A stretch of 48,143 bases of DNA from a virus. Lineage: Duplodnaviria; Caudoviricetes. A program made the position numbers and the translations under genes. The stretch lies in IMG/VR virus record IMGVR_UViG_3300020044_005177, positions 1-48,143 of that record, one strand, 5' to 3'. The notes beneath the pieces are model-generated. The model had not been told where the DNA came from. It saw nothing but the letters and a program-made list of their open reading frames with translations, and did not search any database. Shown piece after piece: positions 39,095-47,619 of this stretch (within the stretch, counting starts at the first letter, position 1; every line of letters starts with the position of its first letter).

Positions 39095-39433
39095 ATGAAC
39101 GGATGGGAAACCAAAAGGGAAAGTAGATTCTGGTCGCAGATCGAAAGACGAAGCGAGCAGGAGTGTTGGCCTTGGTTGGGTAAAGTAGACAAAGATGGAT
39201 ATGGTTTCTTCTGGTGCGAACGCCCAAAGATACAGCGTAGCCATAGATACATGTTCTATAAAACAAATGGATATCTGCCTGAGGTTGTAAGGCATACATG
39301 CGATAATCCTAACTGTAATAACCCAAGCCACCTTCTAGGTGGAACACAAGGAGACAACAATAGAGACACCGTAGAGCGAGGCCGTTGGTCTTGTGGGTGG
39401 CTCAAAGATAAAGAATCGCTATCTAATAAATGA
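39095..39433 (+). CDS. HNH endonuclease (HNH_3-like)
   Basis: RFWSQI...CWPWLG...GYG.F...HR...VRHTCDNPNCNNPSHL..GT..DN..D motif. Confidence 0.85.
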   Translation: MNGWETKRESRFWSQIERRSEQECWPWLGKVDKDGYGFFWCERPKIQRSHRYMFYKTNGYLPEVVRHTCDNPNCNNPSHLLGGTQGDNNRDTVERGRWSCGWLKDKESLSNK

Positions 39434-39594
39434 CCTAAGTCACTTTAGGATGGTGATCACCGCCACGGTGTTGGGGTGCAACTGAAGTTGATATGCTGGA
39501 CCGTGCAGGTTGGAAAGGGGAGGGGAGTCAATTCGCTACTGACTCCCTTCCTTCCACCCTTGACTTTCTAGAGCGCAGGGGGTAGAATAAGCAC

Positions 39595-39819
39595 ATGGAT
39601 ATCAAACGTATAGAGCGAGTCGCTGACAAGGTTGTCGATGCATTCGCTGACATGCGTATCACAGATCAAGAACTGATCTATGTTGCCATGTACACGGTGA
39701 TGAAGGCTCAGCCTCCTCTCATCGTAGAGCGCATCGTTGAGTTTGGTGAGCAAGTCAAATGGGAAATCAAAAATGAGCGACGGAATAAGGAGTATGTACA
39801 AGATGGACTTTTCGACTAA
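39595..39819 (+). CDS. 74 aa leaderless hypothetical protein
   Basis: TTGACT-17-TAGAAT-6-ATG. Confidence 0.7.
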   Translation: MDIKRIERVADKVVDAFADMRITDQELIYVAMYTVMKAQPPLIVERIVEFGEQVKWEIKNERRNKEYVQDGLFD

Positions 39820-40105
39820 GTGCAGTGTGCTAGGTGACCTGTGGGCATTCTACCGTGATGACATTGAGGGTAGCGAGGCTTGGCAGGATTTTTTCAAGTA
39901 CAATGATGTGGCGCTGCCACTAGCATACATGATTGATAATGGCTACGCTACTATGATTGAGGACTCTGAGGCTCCCTCGTTTATCAATGAGACTTGGGAG
40001 ATGTTCTGCGAGTACATCAACATTCCTGCTGATGGAGACTACAAGGATATTGGCGAGGCGTTCGATGCCTCTAGTCAGCCACCTCTAGAGCCTGTAGCGG
40101 TTTAG
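39794..40105 (+). CDS. 103 aa acidic hypothetical protein
   Basis: MYKMDFSTKCSVLGDLW...YNDVALPLAY. TAAGGAG RBS. Confidence 0.7.
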   Translation: MYKMDFSTKCSVLGDLWAFYRDDIEGSEAWQDFFKYNDVALPLAYMIDNGYATMIEDSEAPSFINETWEMFCEYINIPADGDYKDIGEAFDASSQPPLEPVAV

Positions 40106-40291
40106 CCCCTGTCCCCCTAGCCCTAGTATTTTCTAGGTGCTAGGGGAACGGCCCGGGCAAACATAACAATCCTATAAACATTACGAAAGCCTTTTTAAAA
40201 ATGCCGAAAATCCGATCCGGGTATATAATAATATTCTCATAGACATTACGAGGGACATTTTAAAAATGCCGAAAAACATAAAGGAGAATTC

Positions 40292-40807
40292 ATGACAGTC
40301 ATTGTAGGTATAACAGATGGTACTAATGTATATATAGGTGCAGATAGAGGAGTATCAGATGATGTGAGCATTGTCTCACTATCCCGCCCAAAGGTGCATA
40401 TAAATAATAATTGGGTATTCGGTTATTCAGGATCATTAGGCATAGGACAACTCATGGAGTTTATTGATATGCCAGATGCGGGGGAAGATCCATATAAGAC
40501 ATTACGAATGGATGTAGTATCACATATGCGTGATGCCATAGATCTATATGGTGTTAATAATTCTGAGTATTCCGCTGATTTTATCATTGGCACGCAGGGT
40601 AGATTGTTTGAATTAAGTACATCTGACTGGAGCGTAGCGGAAGTTGAAGAAACAGCCCTAGGGTCAGGTGGACCATTTGCATTAGGTAGTCTATTTACTA
40701 CTAGGGATTTTCCTGCTAGCCCTGAATTTAGGATTGAGATGGCTTTGAATGCTGCTATCACATGTTCCCCCACTTGTCAAGGGGGGGTAGATATAATAAA
40801 TGTATAA
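40292..40807 (+). CDS. HslV/proteasome-beta-like Ntn-hydrolase
   Basis: N-terminal MT(V)IVG with a Thr nucleophile, GAD, K, GYSGS and ALGSGG.FALG motifs. Confidence 0.8.
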   Translation: MTVIVGITDGTNVYIGADRGVSDDVSIVSLSRPKVHINNNWVFGYSGSLGIGQLMEFIDMPDAGEDPYKTLRMDVVSHMRDAIDLYGVNNSEYSADFIIGTQGRLFELSTSDWSVAEVEETALGSGGPFALGSLFTTRDFPASPEFRIEMALNAAITCSPTCQGGVDIINV

Positions 40808-41440
40808 GATTTCCCTATACATATATATACATCCCTATACTAAGGTATAAGGAATTCCCCTATACATATATATAACACATGTAACTATATGTCATTACGA
40901 TATGCCCTGCCAAAACCGTACCGAAATTGGTACGCTTCTGCCATCCTCCACTGGGATATATAAATTCATAGTTTTATACAGGTTTTCCTCCATTACGGCT
41001 ACGTTTTGGGGGGAAAGTGGCATGTTTTGCTCCATTTTAAGAGATTATGTTTAAGAATCCATTTTTTCTGTAACCCAATTACACTATAAACCAAATTCTT
41101 TATTCATAAGAATGCATACAGTAACATCTTTTATGCATATCTATGTATAATATGCATACATTTGTGCATATTAAGGCATTATTGTGCATAATATGCATAA
41201 CTATGTATCAGTATTATGGACAATACTATCCATTATATGAGAATGTATAGGTTGTTCAGCCATATGTATACCTTTATGAAGAACATAAGTATATATAGGT
41301 TATTAGTGTATGTATAGTGATGAGACGTACTTTGACTGCCCCGCGAATTCTAGACAACTATCCACTGCATGAATTGTATCGTAGATACCTACCATGTGTC
41401 AAGGATGTGTCTTCTATTTTCGCGCCGAACCTAAATGCTA
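40808..41440. other. AT-rich non-coding region with short repeats (possible replication origin)
   Basis: About 630 bp with no credible ORF at a strand-convergence point. (A/G)TGCATA occurs about 6 times at 41112-41200, and CCCTATACATATATA twice. Confidence 0.4.
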
Positions 41441-42274
41441 TTACCTAGCAAAGGGAGAGGACTGCCAAACCTTGTTGGTCTTCTCTCTTTCGACAATGGC
41501 TCGTGACCATGCAAATCCTGCATCGCCACCCCATGCATCCCACATGATTCTTCCATTAGAAGGATTAGATGTATTGTTAAAGTCTTTACCCTTTTTATCT
41601 ACCTCGTGACGAGAGAAGAATGAGTACATTCTTTTTACTGTATCTAATGACATTGATCTACCAGCAACGATATCTGATGCTCTACCCCACCCTACTGGTG
41701 TACCCGCGCCTGTAGCCTTGCCCTCTTCCTTCCACTTCAATGCCCTGCGAGCAGCAGCCTTCATGCCAGCGTTTGGAGTATATCCATCTGCTTTATCCAT
41801 TGACATACCACAAGCATCACACTCATTGCAAGCAATGTCTTCAGATAGGCATTCAGCACAGTCACAGCCTTGATATGCCTTAGTGGTAGCAGGGACACAG
41901 TTAGGGACAGGCTTTCCATCTTTACCAGGCTTCATGCCTCGTTGAACATATCCTTCCCAACATGGTGCTTGCTTATTCACGTTACCTAACTCATCCTCAC
42001 AACAATTAACTAATTTATCTGGAATGGCAGCCAGTCTGCATACAGCCTTTGGTTCTACCTTATAAGAAAGAATCATGCATCCACCGTCTTGTTTATACAT
42101 AGAGCAGTTACCACACATGACACCGATACTGGCTTTATCATTCTCTGCCGCCGAAACATACCCAACCCAGATACCAGAACTGTTCTGATCAATTGATCCG
42201 TACTTATTTGCAATACCTACAAGGGCATCATGAAAATCTTTTTCTGGTTGGTTTAGCATGTCATAAAGACTCAT
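41441..42274 (-). CDS. Modular protein (HiPIP-like Cys domain, CWEGY..VPNCVP module, AARRAL..GT.VG..RA module), probably head-associated
   Basis: Recognisable short modules often found fused to phage head-morphogenesis proteins. Leaderless start below TGATATAAT. Confidence 0.6.
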   Translation of the reverse strand: MSLYDMLNQPEKDFHDALVGIANKYGSIDQNSSGIWVGYVSAAENDKASIGVMCGNCSMYKQDGGCMILSYKVEPKAVCRLAAIPDKLVNCCEDELGNVNKQAPCWEGYVQRGMKPGKDGKPVPNCVPATTKAYQGCDCAECLSEDIACNECDACGMSMDKADGYTPNAGMKAAARRALKWKEEGKATGAGTPVGWGRASDIVAGRSMSLDTVKRMYSFFSRHEVDKKGKDFNNTSNPSNGRIMWDAWGGDAGFAWSRAIVEREKTNKVWQSSPFAR

Positions 42275-42382
42275 ATATCAATTATATCATTTCTTGATAA
42301 TCCTCACAAGATCGTGAGGTATTAAAAATATTGAGGTATTAGCGAGTAATGTTACATTACGATGGGTGCTGATGTTACATTG

Positions 42383-42625
42383 TTACTCATGTGGAAGATA
42401 CCTAATCTCTACTCTGTCTCCCAAGTCTTCATAATACATGATAGTGTCAACTAACTCTTCCTCCTTGATGAATCCTAGAAAGTCCATATAATTATTTTCA
42501 TCTCTAATCCAAATGTCGTACCCGCCTTCACCTGATGCAGTCATACCTTGACCAGCATTAGTACCATACAACACTTCTTGTATTACGATTGCCTTACTCA
42601 CTTTTTGTACCTTCCTTTTTCCCAC
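42383..42625 (-). CDS. Hypothetical protein
   Basis: From the ORF track, part of an overlapping operon. Confidence 0.55.
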   Translation of the reverse strand: MGKRKVQKVSKAIVIQEVLYGTNAGQGMTASGEGGYDIWIRDENNYMDFLGFIKEEELVDTIMYYEDLGDRVEIRYLPHE

Positions 42626-42800
42626 CTATAAGCGTATCAAGCAATTCATCCGAAGGAACTTCTCTTAACAAATCAATAATCAATTGTTTTACTGATTCCC
42701 TGTTTATATTTTGCATATATGATTGATAGATATATGTTGCTGATCTTTTAACATACCAAGATTGAGTATTAGGCATGTAAATAAAATCTGACATGTTCAT
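42594..42800 (-). CDS. Hypothetical protein
   Basis: From the ORF track, ATGA overlap with the upstream gene. Confidence 0.55.
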   Translation of the reverse strand: MNMSDFIYMPNTQSWYVKRSATYIYQSYMQNINRESVKQLIIDLLREVPSDELLDTLIGGKKEGTKSE

Positions 42801-43120
42801 GATTTTTTTTCCCTTAATTTCTTAAGACGATCATTACCTCTAATAAAAGTTATCTTATCTTCAATTGGCTGCCACCCATTAATTGCATCAATAACATCAC
42901 AATAATGAAGCACATAACAATAGACACCATCTTCTTTTGATATTCTTTCTACCCGCTGCACGGCAGCAGAAGTCACATCCTGTCGCACTTGGTCGATTAG
43001 GTTACACTGGCAAGCGGGGCAAGTACGATCACATAGTTCATCGTTTGCCTTACATCCACGCAGCACGCAACTAGCGAGCGCACCAGGCTTAGGTAGTGGA
43101 CATAGTGAGTCATGGATCAT
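42797..43120 (-). CDS. Cys-rich hypothetical protein (HDxLCP family)
   Basis: MIHDSLCP...CQCNLIDQVR. Confidence 0.65.
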   Translation of the reverse strand: MIHDSLCPLPKPGALASCVLRGCKANDELCDRTCPACQCNLIDQVRQDVTSAAVQRVERISKEDGVYCYVLHYCDVIDAINGWQPIEDKITFIRGNDRLKKLREKKS

Positions 43121-43123
43121 AAT

Positions 43124-43321
43124 TTATCCAACCGCTTGTTGAAGTGTATTAATCGCAGCAGTCAAGCCATCTTGATATCCATCATCATATGTCTTACCAT
43201 CTGACTTGCCTTTAGTCTTATAATGATCTTTAACCCTTTCAATCAAATTACAATAAGCACAATGCTGCCTATCAATAAGATGTGGGTTTGGTGTTGGACA
43301 TAGCCCATCATGACCCTTCAT
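43124..43321 (-). CDS. Cys-rich hypothetical protein (HDxLCP family)
   Basis: HDGLCP...CAYCNLIERVK...YDDGYQDG. Confidence 0.65.
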   Translation of the reverse strand: MKGHDGLCPTPNPHLIDRQHCAYCNLIERVKDHYKTKGKSDGKTYDDGYQDGLTAAINTLQQAVG

Positions 43322-43574
43322 TATCTTCTTCCTCTCTCTCTTTCATACAAGTATCGCATATCCATGTAGACCATTCTCCTGCGTACCCGCAGAAAATGCA
43401 GTCATTAGTAAAATACTTTTCAGCCTCAGCATATCCTAAAGCCCAAGCCTTGTCAACAATATCACCAGTAATGCTTTCTAATGCAGATAGATGATCTTCA
43501 TATCTTACATACGTTCCGTCTGCATAATCAATATCTCCAACTACCCCCGCATAGTCAAACCGCTGAATGCTCAT
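43308..43574 (-). CDS. Hypothetical protein with C-terminal CxxC-CxxC
   Basis: G.YVRYEDH motif followed by CIFC..CDTC. Confidence 0.65.
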   Translation of the reverse strand: MSIQRFDYAGVVGDIDYADGTYVRYEDHLSALESITGDIVDKAWALGYAEAEKYFTNDCIFCGYAGEWSTWICDTCMKEREEEDNEGS

Positions 43575-43855
43575 TCCGATTTCCTTAATAGGTTGATTGC
43601 TGAAATGTAATGCTCTGCATGTGCCCCAGGCTTATTCATTAACTCTTGTACTGCTACAATCGCTTCATTGATGCCATCCTCATAACCGTTTTCGTATTCG
43701 GCATTGCAGATGTCAAACAAAATATTATTATATCTTTGTTCCATTCTTTTCTCACAAGCACGGAGAATATCACAGATGCATTGGCATGTGCAGTCACCCA
43801 TCCAAGGGCAACAAGAACCACCATAATTAATACATTCAGGAAGATGTGTACTCAT
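43571..43855 (-). CDS. Cys-rich hypothetical protein
   Basis: HLPEC...CTCQCICDILRACE...YENGYEDG. Confidence 0.65.
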   Translation of the reverse strand: MSTHLPECINYGGSCCPWMGDCTCQCICDILRACEKRMEQRYNNILFDICNAEYENGYEDGINEAIVAVQELMNKPGAHAEHYISAINLLRKSE

Positions 43856-43859
43856 CTAC

Positions 43860-44321
43860 TTATACTCCTATGTCTTCATTCCAAAGTTCTGGATTCTGAT
43901 CGCACCACTCTTGAAAGAAATGCTTTGTGACTTCATCATCCAAAACTATTACTTCTACACCATGTGATCTGAGCAAGTCTTCACTTTGCTGGAATGTTTC
44001 ATTCTCACCAATAACTACCCTTGGAATCTTATAAAGAAGAATAGTTCCTGCACACATGTAACATGGTGATAGGGTGGTATAGATTGTTGAACGTGAATAC
44101 TCTCGTGCGCTTAACCTACCTGCATTCTCAATGCAATTTGTTTCGCCATGATGAATGGAACTTCTATGCTGCACCCTGCGATTATGCCCTACTGAGAGCA
44201 ACCCATCTTCAGATGACACCAAGGCTGCTCCAATTGGAATGCCACCCTGTCTGTATCCATCAATTGCAGATGCCAGTGCAAATGCATACCACTTTTTATC
44301 TAAGACGCTTATATCATTCAT
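43860..44321 (-). CDS. Cytosine deaminase (Zn-dependent CDA fold, Fcy1-like)
   Basis: GGIPIGAAL, GHNRRVQ, HGE, YTTLSPCYMC, IPRVVIGEN and WNEDIG motifs. The likely start is ATG 44321 after AGAGG. Confidence 0.85.
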   Translation of the reverse strand: MNDISVLDKKWYAFALASAIDGYRQGGIPIGAALVSSEDGLLSVGHNRRVQHRSSIHHGETNCIENAGRLSAREYSRSTIYTTLSPCYMCAGTILLYKIPRVVIGENETFQQSEDLLRSHGVEVIVLDDEVTKHFFQEWCDQNPELWNEDIGV

Positions 44322-44379
44322 ACTATACCTCTCTTGTATACGATAAGTATAGTGCATGAAGAACATTTGTGCAATAGAA

Positions 44380-44406
44380 AAGGGCGGCAGATTTCTCTAC
44401 CGCCCT
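44380..44406 (-). terminator. Intrinsic terminator after pstS
   Basis: AGGGCGG(C/T)AGA..TCT(A/G)CCGCCCT hairpin followed by a T-run on the minus strand. Confidence 0.7.
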
Positions 44407-44419
44407 CAACTATCATAAA

Positions 44420-45469
44420 CTACTTAATGTTATTGACGAGAGTCTTTGCAGTAGCAAGAACCTTACCGCCAACAGGAACGTATCCAAGTGATGCAGCCCG
44501 TGATGGACCACACTTCTGAATAATATAGTCTGCGAACTGACGAACGCCCAAACCATTTGGACCCTTACCATCAGTACGAACAAGCATGTAACTAAAGATT
44601 CCTAGTGGGTATGCACCAGAAACGCTAACATTGTAGTTAAGTGTTACAAGTCCATTTGATCCAACATTTGTCTGGTTGGCAAGGTTCTTTGCAGCAGAAC
44701 TAGAGGATGGAGCAATGAACTCTCCAAGTGCATTCTGAACACGAGCAACTGGATAACCCTTTGCATCTCCAAAGTCTACATAACCAATTGATCCTTCATT
44801 TGCAATGATTGATGCCATAACTCCAGCATTCCCCTTACCTGCAATTGAACTTGCTAGTGGCTTGCCGCTTGGGAATGCAGTTCCGAAATCATCTTGAACC
44901 TTTGACCAAATCGTTGGTGCCCATGCATTGAGGTATTGAAGTGTGTTATTGCTTGTGCCAGATGAATCTGAGCGGTAGACAACCTTGATTGTTGTTGCAG
45001 GGATACCAGATGCAATCCTTGGATTGTCATTAAGAATTTCTTTATCATTCCATACAGTGATGTTACCAGCAAGAATCTTTGCAAGGGTAACTCTCTTTAA
45101 TTGAATTGAAGATCCAAGGGTTCTACCTGTCTTTGTATTCTTTAGATTGATTGGGAAGGCGATTGCGCCACCGATATTAGGGATGTACTCCCATTCAAAA
45201 GTAGGCTCTCCTGAAGAATACTTACTATCTGTCTGTGCAAATACGAATGTACCCTTTGTAAAATTACCCTTACCTGTACCTGAGCCTGTTGATGTGTAGT
45301 TAACTGTAAAATTACTCTGTACACCGTTAAAGTCTGCGGCACAAGATGAAATAAATGGGTAGGGGAATGATGCTCCACCACCCGCGATACCGTTTGCTGC
45401 ATGTGCTGGTGATGCAAGTGCAATTACTGCTACAACCGCTGTAGCAGTAGCCACTATAATTTTGTGCAT
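44420..45469 (-). CDS. pstS: Phosphate ABC transporter substrate-binding protein PstS
   Basis: Signal peptide, GGGASF, YTSTGSGTG, YRSDSSGTS, GSIGYV and GAYPL motifs. Confidence 0.92.
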   Translation of the reverse strand: MHKIIVATATAVVAVIALASPAHAANGIAGGGASFPYPFISSCAADFNGVQSNFTVNYTSTGSGTGKGNFTKGTFVFAQTDSKYSSGEPTFEWEYIPNIGGAIAFPINLKNTKTGRTLGSSIQLKRVTLAKILAGNITVWNDKEILNDNPRIASGIPATTIKVVYRSDSSGTSNNTLQYLNAWAPTIWSKVQDDFGTAFPSGKPLASSIAGKGNAGVMASIIANEGSIGYVDFGDAKGYPVARVQNALGEFIAPSSSSAAKNLANQTNVGSNGLVTLNYNVSVSGAYPLGIFSYMLVRTDGKGPNGLGVRQFADYIIQKCGPSRAASLGYVPVGGKVLATAKTLVNNIK

Positions 45470-45550
45470 ATATTTTCTCCTATTATTTTGGTTGGATTTT
45501 CCAACGGGATAATCATATCAAAGGTTACTCAAAAAGTAACCATATTATGG

Positions 45551-45577
45551 AAAACTTACTATGAACTATTGATGAAC
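45551..45577 (-). promoter_or_regulatory. Putative PHO box upstream of pstS
   Basis: The minus strand reads GTTCATCAATA-GTTCATAGTAA-GTTTT (11-nt period), upstream of a TGATATGAT extended -10 at 45512-45520. Confidence 0.6.
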
Positions 45578-45586
45578 AATAGAAAA

Positions 45587-45609
45587 AGCGGTAGACCGTA
45601 GCCTACCGC
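45587..45609 (-). terminator. Intrinsic terminator after 45631 gene
   Basis: GCGGTAG..CTACCGC hairpin followed by TTTTT on the minus strand. Confidence 0.65.
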
Positions 45610-45630
45610 CCCTTCCTACTAAACTAAATA

Positions 45631-47097
45631 TTAGTCTAGAAATGCTGTGTACTGAACACTACCGTTGGGGAATATGAGTCCACCATCATGTGTGAACTGC
45701 CAGAAATACTGATATGAATCTCCTGGATTCCATGCCGCTGTCTTAACGTATAGTGCATTTTCTCTTGCTTCTATCTGACTGTACTTAGATGGTCCTTGAA
45801 TTATACCTCCTGTTGGATCTCCTTCAGGTTCGTAGTCATATCTTAGCGTAACTGTTCCAGTTCCACCAGAAACTGCTTGATATGATCCATTGAAATCTCC
45901 AGCATCTTCAACATAGTAAGGGTAATCATCAAGCATGACTCTATCTGGATCTACGCTAAACGTAACATCCCAGTCACCGCCACCAACATCTACTTTGCTG
46001 ATAAGAGCCTCAATGGCAACGCCTTCGGCTTCTTCTCTTGCCTGCCAACGAACAGTTGCACCAGATGTTGATGCAATAGCAATGGCATCGTTATCCTTAG
46101 CATTCTTAATCTGAACAGTATTGTCTGGGTATCCCCAATATTCTGCTTTGATCTTATTAAGACCTTCTCCAGCAGCATCTACTTGTACGGTTCCATCACC
46201 AAAGACAATACCCTGTGGGCTTGCCCATGAGTTTAACTTGGTTCTAACATAGGCAAACTTTCCTGGTGATCCAACTGTAGTACCCCAGTCGTAAAACTTA
46301 ACTTGGTAATACTCATCTGCTTCTACGTCATACATGACGTAATCTTTGTTTAGAATATTTTCTCCAAGTCTTCCTGTTACTGCGTAAAGCGGATGATATT
46401 CTCTTACGCCAACATTAGTAAGATCATCCCATCCTTCAGTATTCCATAATGTTCCTGCTGGACTGACTGCGGGATTCCATTCTTCTTCTTTAAGGGAATT
46501 ATATATTCCTCCCTGTGCTGCTCTAACAATAGTCACATGCTCTGAGATTTCATCTCCTGGGCTGGCGGGGTTAAGATGTTCAAATGATACTGACTCACTC
46601 ATAAAGATTTCTTGACGAGTGTATGAGAATCCACCATTTTCTTCTGTATAGTTATTGTTGGCTTCTCCACCATACTCACTACCTGCCTGCCAGAAATGGA
46701 ACTGAATCTTATAGTACTTTCCAGTAGTATTATCACGCATTACTAACTTGCTGTATGGGGTATTGATGATATTTTCACCAACGTTATTGTCTAGAGCATT
46801 TCTAAAATTTGTCCAGTTTCTGTTTGGAAGAAGATGAAAATCTTCCCATCCATCAGCGTTCCAAGATGTTAGTAATGGGCTAGTGTTATTATTCCAAGAT
46901 TGCTCTTCAAGAATATTGATAAGTCCACCATTGCCGCCTCTAGCAAGATGAACCCCCTCGCTGACGTAATCAACGACTGCTCCTCCAGATGGATTACGGA
47001 CTGTAACTGGTTCGTCTGCAAAGGATTTGTGCTTAGCAACAATATATGCTGCTGGTGCCTGCCCACTCTTAGGTGGTATGTGTGAGGGTATGTCCAT
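45631..47097 (-). CDS. 488 aa protein with internal domain duplication, probably virion-associated
   Basis: Two copies of an R...GG..N...E..WN...SP..T.WN..GW.D...Y..(I/V).F..W domain, plus two G.(V/I)F..G(T/S)VQ..A fibre-type motifs. Confidence 0.6.
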   Translation of the reverse strand: MDIPSHIPPKSGQAPAAYIVAKHKSFADEPVTVRNPSGGAVVDYVSEGVHLARGGNGGLINILEEQSWNNNTSPLLTSWNADGWEDFHLLPNRNWTNFRNALDNNVGENIINTPYSKLVMRDNTTGKYYKIQFHFWQAGSEYGGEANNNYTEENGGFSYTRQEIFMSESVSFEHLNPASPGDEISEHVTIVRAAQGGIYNSLKEEEWNPAVSPAGTLWNTEGWDDLTNVGVREYHPLYAVTGRLGENILNKDYVMYDVEADEYYQVKFYDWGTTVGSPGKFAYVRTKLNSWASPQGIVFGDGTVQVDAAGEGLNKIKAEYWGYPDNTVQIKNAKDNDAIAIASTSGATVRWQAREEAEGVAIEALISKVDVGGGDWDVTFSVDPDRVMLDDYPYYVEDAGDFNGSYQAVSGGTGTVTLRYDYEPEGDPTGGIIQGPSKYSQIEARENALYVKTAAWNPGDSYQYFWQFTHDGGLIFPNGSVQYTAFLD

Positions 47098-47104
47098 GTA
47101 TCTA

Positions 47105-47335
47105 TTATAACATTCTATTTAATACTATCTCTTTAGCCTTTGCCATACCCTCACCCCATGTACCAGCATGAAGATCTTGATACCAAGCCTGAAAATTTAT
47201 CTCATTCTGAATATCAATGGCAATCTTCTGACGCCAATATTCCTCAGTCTGCTTTCTCATATTATCCTCGTAGATAACCCTCATGTGCGATACATAAGGG
47301 TCTACGGCAGGATTACGAAACAGATTCAGTTTCAC
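47105..47335 (-). CDS. Hypothetical protein
   Basis: From the ORF track, GTGA overlap with the upstream gene. Confidence 0.55.
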   Translation of the reverse strand: MKLNLFRNPAVDPYVSHMRVIYEDNMRKQTEEYWRQKIAIDIQNEINFQAWYQDLHAGTWGEGMAKAKEIVLNRML

Positions 47336-47619
47336 TGGAATCCATATTCAGTTCCATCATTCTCAGCAGGCTTTTCCTTGCGCTCTTTTGTAACATAAGT
47401 AACATATGAGAAATCACTTGCAGGAATCATACTGCAAACCTCCTGAGTACCAAACCACCTATGATAAATACTAATCCAACCTTGATAACGAATGGGATCA
47501 TGCGTAACGTTATCAAACGCAATGAGAGTCTTATCCTTCAAGTGAATGTATACTGTAACACTTTCAAACTCTTCTACATATTGCATGATTCCGAATTCTA
47601 AGAAATCATCGCTACTCAT
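47332..47619 (-). CDS. Hypothetical protein
   Basis: Likely start ATG 47619 after GAGGAGG. Confidence 0.6.
   Translation of the reverse strand: MSSDDFLEFGIMQYVEEFESVTVYIHLKDKTLIAFDNVTHDPIRYQGWISIYHRWFGTQEVCSMIPASDFSYVTYVTKERKEKPAENDGTEYGFQ

Larger units (their letters stand above)
27494..40157. repeat. About 29 intergenic (G)CCCGGG palindromes marking unit boundaries
   Basis: CCCGGG at 27495, 27718, 27950, 28146, 28339, 28526, 28724, 28931, 29194, 29386, 29585, 29872, 30085, 30314, 30564, 30652, 30932, 31203, 31240, 31495, 31986, 32182, 33099, 33872, 34016, 35067, 36183, 37505 and 40152. None noticed outside this interval. Confidence 0.92.

Noticed and set aside
26610-40105. Amber (TAG) recoding in the array
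   Set aside because: The TAGs are followed by non-coding linkers, hairpins or new RBS-led genes. Long genes are uninterrupted in the standard code and no suppressor tRNA is present.
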